Shown here: piece by piece, positions 9,159 through 18,934 of the stretch | Layout of the letters: each line of letters starts with the position of its first letter | How positions within the stretch are numbered: position 1 is the first letter of the stretch | NCBI GenBank assembly: GCA_019358935.1 | Contig: JAHHIK010000109.1 | Location: 1-27,676, forward strand | From: Tolypothrix carrinoi HA7290-LM1 | Lineage (GTDB): Bacteria > Cyanobacteriota > Cyanobacteriia > Cyanobacteriales > Nostocaceae | Length of the DNA: 27,676 bases | Direction: 5' to 3' | The notes under the pieces: generated by a model | What the model saw: the letters and a program-made list of their open reading frames with translations, nothing else | What the model was told of the DNA's origin: nothing | Databases searched by the model: none | Made by a program: the position numbers and the translations under genes

Positions 9159-9632
9159 GGACTGTAACCGGAAAAACAAGTGTTTAAAATTACTAATTTT
9201 GTTTGCACGTTTAAGTAGTGCTACATAAAATTGCAATCACGGCTGCTGTTGCGCGTTTTTCAGTGAGTGATATCAGCAGGCTATGAAAGTCACATTTCTT
9301 TACGAACTGCATCGATGATTCATTGCTGCTGACAGCTGCACTTTATGAAATGAAAATTTAGTTAGAGGCTTTTTGTGGGGTGAGAATGGCTGCATTGTCC
9401 CGGCAGTCAGGATGGTACAGTTTCTCATGGGTGTGATTTGAATTTTTTTTTTGCTTTTTCTTATTTCTTGGGTGAATTGCCTCCTTGGGGGTTAATGCCT
9501 TGGTGTGTATGGGGTTGGACGGTTGCAGTGGGGAATATACACTTTCACCGCTCTCTTGAGCTATATTATCACTATAATAGTTTTTGAGACTATATTGAGG
9601 CGAAATTGAGTCAAAATTATTTTGGGGCATTT

Positions 9633-9968
9633 ATGAGTCAAAATTGGGAGTTAGAGACTAGAAAAAACAAGGATATGCCCAAGGCGACTGAACGTAGCTA
9701 TATAAGTTATCCCGGTGAATATTATGATGATGCGTGGACTGTAGAGGCTGCGTTGAAAGGGCGCACAAAAACTACAGAGGGTTCTAGCTTGCTTTGTGCG
9801 AAACTGCAAGAACGAGAATCACGACGGAATCAAATGGTTCAGTATTTAGCCGAAAAACGAAATATCTCATTTCAAGAAATGTGGAACCAGTTGCTAATAG
9901 GCGATTATGAACCGATTACACCAGTGGAATTTAAAAAAATACAAGAATTGGCAGAAAAAGAAGATTAA
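9633..9968 (+). CDS. Small divergent putative transcription regulator (RHH-like)
   Basis: Divergent from the operon. Strand-helix-helix pattern SYISYPGEYYDDAWTVEAALKGRTKTTEGSSLLCAKL. Start is ATG 9633 or 9675. Confidence 0.6.
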   Translation: MSQNWELETRKNKDMPKATERSYISYPGEYYDDAWTVEAALKGRTKTTEGSSLLCAKLQERESRRNQMVQYLAEKRNISFQEMWNQLLIGDYEPITPVEFKKIQELAEKED

Positions 9969-9998
9969 ATAATCATCTATTAATAATCCTTAAACTCT

Positions 9999-10625
9999 AT
10001 GACCCAAACACTACCAGTACAAAAGCTATTTACCTTTGACGAATTTGTTGAGTGGATACCAGAAAACTCACCGAAGCGCTATGAACTGCACAATGGGGTA
10101 ATTGTTGAAATGGCACAACCATTAGGCGACCATGAAGAGATTGTAGGATTTTTAGCACAACAATTAACTGCTGAATACCTTCGATTAAACTTACCTTACA
10201 TCATCCCCAAAACTGTATTAGTCAAACCACCTACAAGTGAGTCAGGCTATTCACCAGATGTAGTGTTATTAAATCGCCCCAATCTGCCATCAGAGCCATT
10301 GTGGAAAAAACAATCCACTGTCACTCAAGGTTTATCAATTCCATTAGTTGTGGAAGTTGTGAGTACTAATTGGCGTGATGATTATCTTGATAAAGCTGGT
10401 GATTATGAAGTAATCGGTATCCAGGAATATTGGATTGTTGATTATCTTGGTTTAGGTGGCAGGCGGTTTATTGGCAACCCCAAACAGCCTACTATTTCTA
10501 TTTACCACATAATTGATGAAGAATATCAAGTTAGTCAGTTTCGGGGTAATGACCGCATCGTATCACCAACATTCCCAGACTTAGACCTGACCGCTAACAA
10601 GATTTTTAGTGCTGGTAATATCTGA
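9999..10625 (+). CDS. Uma2 (DUF820) family putative endonuclease
   Basis: RYELHNGVIVEM, YSPDVVLL, LVVEVVS, and DK..DY..GIQEYWIVD motifs. Confidence 0.92.
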   Translation: MTQTLPVQKLFTFDEFVEWIPENSPKRYELHNGVIVEMAQPLGDHEEIVGFLAQQLTAEYLRLNLPYIIPKTVLVKPPTSESGYSPDVVLLNRPNLPSEPLWKKQSTVTQGLSIPLVVEVVSTNWRDDYLDKAGDYEVIGIQEYWIVDYLGLGGRRFIGNPKQPTISIYHIIDEEYQVSQFRGNDRIVSPTFPDLDLTANKIFSAGNI

Positions 10626-10642
10626 TATTTATTCCAAAAAAT

Positions 10643-10673
10643 AAGAACCCACCTCTAAATTAGGTAGGTTCTT
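10643..10673. terminator. Hairpin between convergent genes (bidirectional terminator)
   Basis: aagaacccacct / aggtaggttctt with A/T-rich flanks. Confidence 0.6.
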
Positions 10674-10706
10674 TATATAAAGCAGGACAGGTAAAAGATT
10701 GTAAAA

Positions 10707-11285
10707 CTAGCCAACTTTTAGTTCAAAATTTTCTATTTCTAACTCCTCAGCAGTTTTTTTTAGTTCAATAATTATTTGCGGTATGGTAATTATTACGGCA
10801 TTAAATTTATTCTTAACAGGAGCAAATCTAATATGATTTTCATCTTGAGCATTAATAACTTTAAACGCTTCGGAAATCATTTCCGAGTCAATATTCATAA
10901 GTTTTTTTCCACGGTGTTTGTCAAAATCATTCATCTTTGACTCTACTTTATTTATAAAAACAAGTTTTTTATTTTCGACTTCGCCGATTGCTACTATTAC
11001 GGTTTCTTGAATTCCATCTACAATTTCTTGAACATTGTACTCACAATTATTCAAGCTTTCCTCTATCTGTCCCCAAGTTAAATCTTCCCGAAAATGAAAC
11101 AAAGTTTTTAAAAATATTACTTGCTTCCAACTATAAAGTATTACTGGATGCTTTTGAGATACTACTATTTGCTTTTCATCCAGCTTTCGCATCTGCTCAC
11201 GAGAAAAACCCGAAAGTTGCTCTGTTTGTTTCTGACTAAATAGTTTAGATTTTTCTTCCCGGTACAACCTATGCACACGCTTCAT
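10707..11285 (-). CDS. MerR-like HTH protein
   Basis: N-terminal FSQKQTEQLSGFSREQMRKLD..LYSWKQVIFLK pattern. Confidence 0.6.
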   Translation of the reverse strand: MKRVHRLYREEKSKLFSQKQTEQLSGFSREQMRKLDEKQIVVSQKHPVILYSWKQVIFLKTLFHFREDLTWGQIEESLNNCEYNVQEIVDGIQETVIVAIGEVENKKLVFINKVESKMNDFDKHRGKKLMNIDSEMISEAFKVINAQDENHIRFAPVKNKFNAVIITIPQIIIELKKTAEELEIENFELKVG

Positions 11286-11342
11286 TTGTTTTACCTTCTA
11301 CCCATTCCAATTCCTACATCGTATATCAGTCAAGATATAAGT

Positions 11343-11369
11343 TTTGTAAATTTAATGGAAATTTACAAA
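11343..11369. promoter_or_regulatory. Inverted repeat upstream of the MerR-like gene (candidate operator)
   Basis: tttgtaaattt-aatgg-aaatttacaaa. Confidence 0.45.
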
Positions 11370-11548
11370 TTTGGCACTAAAATAGACTACACTATGAAGC
11401 GTATTAAAGAAAACTTTGCAGGTATTGTGAAGCGCTCTTGTTGAAGTACCCGAAGCTTACCTGGTAGCACTCATTGACCCTTTTTCTGAGTTTGGAGACG
11501 AGGAAAAAATCTTTGAGTTAAAAAACCAGGAAGCTCCTTGCAGGCGAG

Positions 11549-11733
11549 TTGTACGACCAACTCTTGTACGACTAACTCATCTTGCTCATCGACTAACTTC
11601 CGGCAGCATAGCTGACAGTTATTTCATCGTGACGCTTATTTCGACTAGCTTCCGACAGCATAGCTGACGGCTATTCATCATCATTCTTACGACTAATTTC
11701 CGGCAGCATGACTGACGGCTATTTCATCGTGAT
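11549..11733 (+). repeat. Iteron-like direct repeats upstream of rep
   Basis: Two copies of ttgtacgacYaactc (11549-11578), then three ~50-bp degenerate units starting cgacta at 11590, 11642 and 11690. Confidence 0.75.
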
Positions 11734-11814
11734 TTCAATTATATCAATACAGAACAACAAAATTGCTAAATTCCCTCTTCGGGAAATTCCAGGCTGCATC
11801 TGGGGGGTGGCACA

Positions 11815-14800
11815 ATGACAACTCCGCCCGACAACATTAAACAGAACCACTACCAAGAATGGCTTGCCTCCGGTGTAGACCCAGGAATTATTGCTCTCAA
11901 CGTCCGCTCGGTCGAGGGTGAATTAGCTACCGTTGATGGAGAATACTCTTTAGCGATTGCCGAATTTTTAAATATTCCCATTCGCCCAGGACGCTGGATA
12001 AATCGCTTAGGCTTTAAAGATTGGGGTAAATTAAATCGCCTTGACTGGGTGAGAAATGCCAGCGGTTGGCTCTGCCGGGGATTAGACCCACAAAACGATT
12101 GGCAAGAAATGGGCTGGGGGTGCTTTAAGGCAGACTCGCCCTGGTACGACTGCGACGGGGATAAGAAAAAAGCTCGTAAATATGAACATCCTCAAGGTGA
12201 ACCGACACGGGCATTTTTCTTGAGAGTGCCGCTAAATGTTTGGCAACGAGTAGCAGATCGCTATAACGTGCCAATGCCAGAAAATATTGTGGTAGATTCT
12301 CTAGGCGAGGCAATCGGTTTTTGGGCTTGGGTACTATCTGAAGAAATTCCACTTATCATTACTGAGGGAGCCAAAAAAGCAGGAGCCTTGTTGACGGCGG
12401 GTTATGCAGCTGTGGCACTACCTGGAATTAACTCCGGATATCGTAAAACACAAGAGTCAGGCGGACAAAATAATTATCACTTAATTCCAGATTTAAAGCC
12501 ATTCGCCACCACTTTAAACCCAATTCCCGGCTTCCAACCATTCGACGGTAGGGACATTTACATTTGCTTTGACAATGACCCAAAGCCGGCGACGAAGCGT
12601 AACGTTGTTATTGCGACTTGTCGATTAGGGAAACTGTTTGAGTCTGACCGTAGCACAGTTAGAGTTATCCAGCTTAATGGTGAAGAAAAAGGTTGTGATG
12701 ATTGGATTGTTGCCCACGGTCAGGAGGCATTTGAAAAACTTTACCAAAAAGCTAAAACCTTAAGACTTTACCAAATCACAAATCGAGTCAACAGTCTTAC
12801 TTATGAACCAAATTTAATTTTAAATCAGCGCTACTTGGGTGAATTACCACGAACTGAAAGCGGACTAGCATTTGTTAAATCGCCTAAAGGGACAGGTAAA
12901 ACGGAAAGCTTGGATAAAATAGTTGCCGGATCTATTAGAGTAGGCAGACCAATTATTTCATTGACTCATCGCATTCAGCTAGGAAGACACCTTTGCGACC
13001 GACTAGGACTTACGTGGATCAGCGATAAAGACCCAGTTCTTGGTAGGAGATTTGTCGGGTTATGCGTTGATTCGCTCTGGAAATTAAAACCAGAGAATTA
13101 CCATAACGCCATTCTTATCTTCGATGAAATTGAGCAAGTAATTTGGCATATTTTAAATAGCTCTACTTGTCGCCAACGCCGAACTGAGATTCTCAAAAAA
13201 TTAAAGCAATTTATAAATACAATACTCAGCACTGGTGGTTTGATAATCGGGCTAGATGCTGACTTATCTGACCGCTCTGTTGATTATTTACTTGAATTAA
13301 TTGAAGGTGAAATAAAACCAAAGCCTTGGATTTGTGAAAATAAATACAAACCAGAAACTAAGACCAAAGTTGTTTTCTATGATTACCGTAATCCCAGCAG
13401 GATAGTACGTCAACTCGAAGAATCTCTTGCGGATGGGGAAAAACTTTATATTTGCGCTGATTCTAGAGATGGTACATTTAGTACCACCGGCTTGACTCAA
13501 AAACTCCAAACACGATTTCCTACTTTAAAAATATTGTGCGTGGATGCCAATACTACTAGCACGTTAGGGCATCCAGCAGTAGGATTTGTTGACAAGATTA
13601 ATGAACAAATTACTAATTGGGATGTGGTAATTTGTAGTCCCTCAATTGGTAGTGGAGTTTCAATTGACGTTAAAGGACACTTTGATAAAGTATTTGGAAT
13701 TTTTATTGGTGTAATTCCTGATTGGGAGGCACGGCAGGCATTAGCACGAGTCAGGGAAGGAATTGAGAGGCATGTTTGGTGCGCGAAACTTGGGGTAGGT
13801 TTTGTGAATAAATCCATCCGTTCCACCAACTACAAACAGATTGTGTCGTTGCTAATAAATAATGCTAAATACAATTTAATCCGGGCTGAACTAACTCCAC
13901 CATCACAGAACGTTGATGATTTCCTAAAAGGACATTTTGACCCGGCACACATTAAAACTTGGGCTAAAAATGCAGCAGAAATTAATGCTTCCATGTGGCA
14001 TTACGGAGAGTGCATGTTTGAAGGATTAAATGCAGAGGGCTGCACAGTTGAGGTAAAGAGTGATAATGAGTTAAACCGGAAACTAGATGAAATATGTAGT
14101 GAGCTACAGGCGCTGAATAATCGGGAGTGTTCGGATGAGGATTATTGGCGAATGTCAGAACTTGATGAAGAAAGACAAAAGATCGTCGATATTCTTAAAC
14201 TTGAACAAAATAAAGATGCACTAATTCGGCAAGAACTCAAAAGTACTTCTCTTGACCGTAAAGAAACAAAATACAAAAATGTAAGTAAAGTGCCGTTACC
14301 AACTGAAGAGGAATACGAGGAGCTGGCAAGCAAAATTGTAAAAACACAAAAGGAAAAATGTCAAGAACAAAAATACACCTTGGAGCAGATGTATGCGAGT
14401 GCTGTACCGATAACACCAGAGTTGGTGAAAAAAACGGAGGAGAAAAAATATCACACCCGCATTCAGCTAGACTTCTTCCGCACCCACAACCCAGAATTCT
14501 CAAAACTTTACGACCGCAAGCAAGTCTCCCACCAACAAGAGTGTGGTGAACAAATTTATCTCCCGGATCTAAAAAATATCACATTACAAGTTGTTTCATT
14601 TAAGGCGCTCAAAATTGAGGAATGGATAAAACCGGGTATCGTAGTCACCAAGGATAGTCCAGAATTATTAAGTTACCTGGAATGGGTTTTGGGTTTCAGA
14701 AGAGATATTCACAAGATATTCGGTATCAACTTAAATAACCACGTTCCCACTCATGATGATGAGACGGTGGTAGATCCCATTGGGATGCTCAATCGCCTTC

Positions 14801-15300
14801 TAGAATTGGTTGCATTGAAATATACGAGTGAACAAAGAAAGGGTAAGCGAGGCGAAAAACGTTTACGAACTTACACTTTGGATGAAACATTGCTCAACGA
14901 TGAACGCGTACAGATTTTCCCCAAGTGGTCAGAAAAATGGCTTGACGAACTCCTGGAATCTCAGGAAACGGCTAATCCCCTTATTTGGTCGGAAAAATGT
15001 ATCACGATGATACCGTGTCCAGCAGATTCTAATAATATAACAATACAAAAAGTGCTGGACACCACCCCGGAAGTGCTGGACACCAACTCAGGAGTGCTGG
15101 ACACCAATGAAATTTATTCTCCCCAGCCAAAAGAGAAAACCTGGGCTAAACAACTTCAAGAAGGGGCTGTGGTGAGGTGGACTCAAAAAATTGGTGAGTG
15201 GATTGTAAAAGAAATTAGAACAGCAGGAGCTTTATTGCAACTCCCAGATGGTAGCTGGCAACAGTGGTGCTGGGATTTAAATGAATTGGTATATGATTAA
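11815..15300 (+). CDS. Cyanobacterial plasmid replication protein, CyRepA1 type (DUF3854/TOPRIM primase plus SF2-like helicase)
   Basis: KYEHP, IITEGAKKAGALL, ICFDND, KGCDDW (TOPRIM); SPKGTGKT and IFDEIEQ (Walker A/B); ICSPSIGSGVSID; QALARVR. Confidence 0.9.
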   Translation: MTTPPDNIKQNHYQEWLASGVDPGIIALNVRSVEGELATVDGEYSLAIAEFLNIPIRPGRWINRLGFKDWGKLNRLDWVRNASGWLCRGLDPQNDWQEMGWGCFKADSPWYDCDGDKKKARKYEHPQGEPTRAFFLRVPLNVWQRVADRYNVPMPENIVVDSLGEAIGFWAWVLSEEIPLIITEGAKKAGALLTAGYAAVALPGINSGYRKTQESGGQNNYHLIPDLKPFATTLNPIPGFQPFDGRDIYICFDNDPKPATKRNVVIATCRLGKLFESDRSTVRVIQLNGEEKGCDDWIVAHGQEAFEKLYQKAKTLRLYQITNRVNSLTYEPNLILNQRYLGELPRTESGLAFVKSPKGTGKTESLDKIVAGSIRVGRPIISLTHRIQLGRHLCDRLGLTWISDKDPVLGRRFVGLCVDSLWKLKPENYHNAILIFDEIEQVIWHILNSSTCRQRRTEILKKLKQFINTILSTGGLIIGLDADLSDRSVDYLLELIEGEIKPKPWICENKYKPETKTKVVFYDYRNPSRIVRQLEESLADGEKLYICADSRDGTFSTTGLTQKLQTRFPTLKILCVDANTTSTLGHPAVGFVDKINEQITNWDVVICSPSIGSGVSIDVKGHFDKVFGIFIGVIPDWEARQALARVREGIERHVWCAKLGVGFVNKSIRSTNYKQIVSLLINNAKYNLIRAELTPPSQNVDDFLKGHFDPAHIKTWAKNAAEINASMWHYGECMFEGLNAEGCTVEVKSDNELNRKLDEICSELQALNNRECSDEDYWRMSELDEERQKIVDILKLEQNKDALIRQELKSTSLDRKETKYKNVSKVPLPTEEEYEELASKIVKTQKEKCQEQKYTLEQMYASAVPITPELVKKTEEKKYHTRIQLDFFRTHNPEFSKLYDRKQVSHQQECGEQIYLPDLKNITLQVVSFKALKIEEWIKPGIVVTKDSPELLSYLEWVLGFRRDIHKIFGINLNNHVPTHDDETVVDPIGMLNRLLELVALKYTSEQRKGKRGEKRLRTYTLDETLLNDERVQIFPKWSEKWLDELLESQETANPLIWSEKCITMIPCPADSNNITIQKVLDTTPEVLDTNSGVLDTNEIYSPQPKEKTWAKQLQEGAVVRWTQKIGEWIVKEIRTAGALLQLPDGSWQQWCWDLNELVYD
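15015..15106 (+). repeat. Intragenic iterons with AT-rich spacer in the 3' end of rep (candidate ori)
   Basis: agtgctggacacca at 15051, 15072 and 15093 (21-bp period); inverted copy gtgtccagca at 15015; 26-bp AT-rich gap. Confidence 0.7.
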
Positions 15301-15364
15301 TTTTTTCCTCTTAAGAGGGAATTTATACAAAAAATTCATTTCCAGCAATCATCACGTGAAGCTC

Positions 15365-15388
15365 GCCGGACAGAGGATTCTGTCCGGC
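15365..15388. terminator. GC-rich hairpin downstream of rep
   Basis: gccggacaga-ggat-tctgtccggc; no clear U-tract. Confidence 0.45.
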
Positions 15389-15525
15389 AGACTTCACACA
15401 TTAAAGCGTTTTTTGATGCCCATCCGGTGTAAAGCGAATGCACCACCCAATAAGAGTGCGCCCTTCTTTATGAGCGAGAGTGCGATCTTTTCGTTCTTCG
15501 CGATCGCTCTTCATGAAGTAACCGA

Positions 15526-16461
15526 TTACTCGGTTGCTGGCTGATAAATTGAGCGCAACTCTTGTAAGTTGCTGACTGTTTCTAGCGCTGTAAGAATTGC
15601 CCTTAATTGTTCGATACTCTCCAGTTGAGAGATCTCTGACAACAAACTCAACCCCTCGTTACCAAATTTCAGTTTTAAACCTAACTCAATTCCCTCTAAC
15701 AGTCCTTCTCTGCGGGCATTACGCTCAAAAGAAGTAACATATTTCATACGCTGCTCCGCTTCTAATTGTCCTACTTCGACACGAAACTCTCGCTCTAAAT
15801 AAAATGGTAGCGTTAGCATCCAGTCTACGAAAGCCAACAAGTTGAGAACATCCTCTCGTTCAAATCCCTGCTCGTATAACCTTCTTACCAAAGCTAGCTT
15901 TTGTGCTTTACGCTCAACACGATTGTCACGAGTTTGTAGTGCTGCCAAATGCGCCAAAACTACGGTAGCAAACGGGTTACGGCTGGCTGAAAGTTCAGAT
16001 AACCTTTGCTCGTAGTCTACCAGCTTCACTACAGGAAATCTAAAATCCACTGTACACCCAAATAACTCGTAACCAAATTGTGACGGTCGCCAGTTCACAC
16101 GTTCGTCACCCAACACAGCCAAAGAAGCACAATAGCGATCATAGCGGTCAAATATCCGATAATTGTAGCTATACATTCTCTTTGGGAAGTCAGATTCCTC
16201 TTGAGATTGCACCTCGACATGCAGAAGCACCCACGCTTCTTCCCCTCCAGTGCGATAAATCTTGACTAACTTATCGACAAGTCGTTTGCCAAGTTCAGCG
16301 TCACGTACCACAGATTGTAATTCCTGATCGAGAAATTCAAACCCTCGACCCCAATCAATTTCCTCATGCGCTTGAGGAAAGAAAAATAATACAAATTCCT
16401 CAAAATAACGCTGTAAAATATCCTTCCAGGGTGAATCATACTCAGTTGGAGGATTAGTCAT
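15526..16461 (-). CDS. Rpn/YhgA-like PD-(D/E)XK nuclease family protein
   Basis: YDSPWK..YFEEF start, VDKLVKI, LLHVEVQSQ, FPKRMYSYNYRIFD, and a C-terminal 'EGLLEGIELGLKLKFG' domain. ATG 16461 preferred. Confidence 0.8.
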   Translation of the reverse strand: MTNPPTEYDSPWKDILQRYFEEFVLFFFPQAHEEIDWGRGFEFLDQELQSVVRDAELGKRLVDKLVKIYRTGGEEAWVLLHVEVQSQEESDFPKRMYSYNYRIFDRYDRYCASLAVLGDERVNWRPSQFGYELFGCTVDFRFPVVKLVDYEQRLSELSASRNPFATVVLAHLAALQTRDNRVERKAQKLALVRRLYEQGFEREDVLNLLAFVDWMLTLPFYLEREFRVEVGQLEAEQRMKYVTSFERNARREGLLEGIELGLKLKFGNEGLSLLSEISQLESIEQLRAILTALETVSNLQELRSIYQPATE

Positions 16462-17213
16462 GCGAGCACTCTCATTATCGAATAGCAGCTGCATCTCAAT
16501 ATACGATATCTTGCAAGCACAATATTTAAAACTACCTATTTCAAGTTAACCGCCTTGAAATTAATCGAATATTGTGTATGTCCGTACCAAATCCCGCATT
16601 TAATAATAATCGCTCAAGCTGAGATTAATATGAAAGCAACGAGTGGTTTTCAACTTACCTTGCAGCCACATTCATATCTTTTGACAATGCTATAACGCAA
16701 GGGCAAGCGGTTGGACAAACTTAACCGCTCCCGTTGAGATAACAAAGATATCCCCAAAAATAACCGAATCTTAACCACAGCAAATATTCAAAGAGAGCGA
16801 ATGCAACGCAGCACTCGGACAATAATCTCCCATTCCGAACCGATAAATATCCTCCGCACGCACGCTCAATCCCAAATATAGCTACCAATAAAAATGTAAC
16901 TAACAACTTATTATCTTCTGTGTATAGCTACCAAATTCTCACTTTGCGTTTGCACCCATCATATTCGTCGCAATCTCTACATTTATCAAGCGTGTCTTAA
17001 GCTGACTGAGCCATAAACATAAGTAGATATACATATAATCACCCTAACTGAGACTAACAGTAAGCCCATTAAAATCTCGAAAAGCCTAATACTTATAGTT
17101 ATCTTCACCGACACAATACGAGACTGCTTTTTCCTCAAATTTAGTAATTCCACGTTAGGCAGTCGATTTAAATTTAAATAGCATGAAAGAATATTTTAAC
17201 TATTTATATAACT

Positions 17214-17984
17214 ATGGCACGTAGCGCACAATTAATATCCGATTCCAAAAACAAACTCAAAAAAGTTAGCGCCATCTTTGAAGCAAAAGCAAAGCAACCG
17301 AAGAACCTAACACTACAGCAATTTATCCAAGCACTCTCCACCCAAATCGATAAAATGCTGGCAGTGGGTTATACGTTACAAGAAGTTGCAGCAATTCTTA
17401 AATCAGAAGGGGTTAACGTCCAACCCACAACAATTAAATCCTATCTCTTGAAAGCACGAGCAAAAAACTCCAGTACGGCAAATAATAATCCCGCATCAAG
17501 CCAATCAACGCCAGGTATTAATCGCAAAGCAAGCAGTCGGGAGCAAGCGAAAAATAACCAAGCCACTGCCAATTATAACTCAAATAAATCTGACAACACG
17601 GAAGCACCAGCAACGAATGAAGCAACCGAAACTGCAACTACTCAACCACCCGCACCAGCAGCAAACCAAGCGACATCGAATGTAACTCCCCAATCACCGA
17701 CACCAACAAATCAATCCAACCCACCAGCGATAAATAATAACAGTGCAGCTACCACTGTTACAAAAAATAAATCCCGCAACCAAAAGGATACGAATACCAC
17801 TCTTTCTACTTCAACGTCGGGTGATAAATCTAAGTCTTTGGCTAAAACTTCCCACAATAATTCTCAACTCCAAGCAAACGGTAGCAGCAATCAACCCATG
17901 CAAAACGGTAACTCAAACGTGCTAGAGGCACAACAATCGCAAGCAAACCAACAGTCATTGCTGGATAAAACCGATATTAATTAG
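17214..17984 (+). CDS. HTH protein (TraK/StbA-like N-domain) with long low-complexity N/Q/T/S/P tail
   Basis: LSTQIDKMLAVGYTLQEVAAILKSEGVNVQPTTIKSYL pattern; lies upstream of the mob region. Confidence 0.5.
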   Translation: MARSAQLISDSKNKLKKVSAIFEAKAKQPKNLTLQQFIQALSTQIDKMLAVGYTLQEVAAILKSEGVNVQPTTIKSYLLKARAKNSSTANNNPASSQSTPGINRKASSREQAKNNQATANYNSNKSDNTEAPATNEATETATTQPPAPAANQATSNVTPQSPTPTNQSNPPAINNNSAATTVTKNKSRNQKDTNTTLSTSTSGDKSKSLAKTSHNNSQLQANGSSNQPMQNGNSNVLEAQQSQANQQSLLDKTDIN

Positions 17985-18091
17985 TCGGTTATTGCAGGTT
18001 TATCGTTGCCTAATCGACGAGTAATTATCTGTGATATTGTTCGTACTTCAATCATATCGAATACTAATTACGACTATTTATTTAATAAGCA

Positions 18092-18730
18092 ATGAGCAAT
18101 TCCGCATCACCAAAGTCAAATATTGGTGCAAGAATACCGTCTACATGGTTGGCAGAACTAGATGCATATGTCTCATCGAGTGGGAAAACAAAAAGTGATG
18201 TTATTAACGAGGCTATTGGAGATTATCTCAAGAAAAGCCAGGTGACTATTGTTGACCGAATTACCACAATTGAAAATAAATTAGCACAAAATAATCATAC
18301 TTTTGATATTGCACCATTAAACCAACGCCTCGACAAGTTAGAAGATATTCTGCAAGCAATATTACAAGCGCTTGGTGATATCAAACCCGAAATAAAAATA
18401 GTTGAAAAATTTCGGGAGACAATTTCCGACGGTGAACGGTATGGAGGAATCACCCAAACCGAATTGCTAGAAAAATACCAGCTTTCGTACCACGCACTCG
18501 ATAAGTCAGCGAAAGAAAAAGGCATACCATTCCACCAACTCGTAAAAGAGAAAACCGGGTGGTACAAAAAAGACCCTAACAAAAGACGCTCTCGTTGGCT
18601 ACCTCTGGATAACAATGTTACTACAACTATTCGAGAGCTTAATGGCAATACAGCTAATAACGGTAAAGAACCGACTCTAGCAAGCGAGATAAATGACAAA
18701 TCAAGCAATGTTAACGGTGCTAACGGCTGA
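18092..18730 (+). CDS. CopG/RHH-domain protein with coiled coil and second putative DNA-binding domain
   Basis: NIGARIPSTWLAELDAYVSSSGKTKSDVINEAIGDYL is a canonical RHH pattern. Confidence 0.75.
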   Translation: MSNSASPKSNIGARIPSTWLAELDAYVSSSGKTKSDVINEAIGDYLKKSQVTIVDRITTIENKLAQNNHTFDIAPLNQRLDKLEDILQAILQALGDIKPEIKIVEKFRETISDGERYGGITQTELLEKYQLSYHALDKSAKEKGIPFHQLVKEKTGWYKKDPNKRRSRWLPLDNNVTTTIRELNGNTANNGKEPTLASEINDKSSNVNGANG

Positions 18731-18934
18731 ATTTTGCGTTTCTGTGAAATCCAACAGCAAGGGGTGTAATTCCATCACTGTGCTTACTTCGACAAAACCT
18801 ACAATCTCTTCAAATGGAAACTCACACCCACACTATTAGCAGAGCGCAAAAGTAAACTTACTTAAAGATGTTAACGCTGTTAACGCTACTCCTGGCATAC
18901 TTGGATAAAACCCACAGTCAAATCGATTTGGAGC

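Noticed and set aside
4659..9236. Operon as a tailed prophage or inovirus
   Set aside because: No capsid, terminase or portal gene. The ATPase has N-terminal TMs, unlike Zot/pI. A membrane-virus-like element cannot be fully excluded.
9358..9630. 90-aa minus-strand ORF in the divergent promoter region
   Set aside because: Low-complexity composition from a poly-T tract, and it overlaps the putative operators.
11394..11444. 16-codon ORF MKRIKENFAGIVKRSC upstream of rep
   Set aside because: No RBS and no other support.
11590..11733. ~50-bp repeats as a mini-CRISPR or guide array
   Set aside because: The units are similar along nearly their whole length, the variable part is under ~10 bp, and no effector gene is adjacent.
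16500..17200. 700-bp intergenic region as an ncRNA gene
   Set aside because: Only a 12-bp repeat (tatagctaccaa twice) was seen; no convincing structure.
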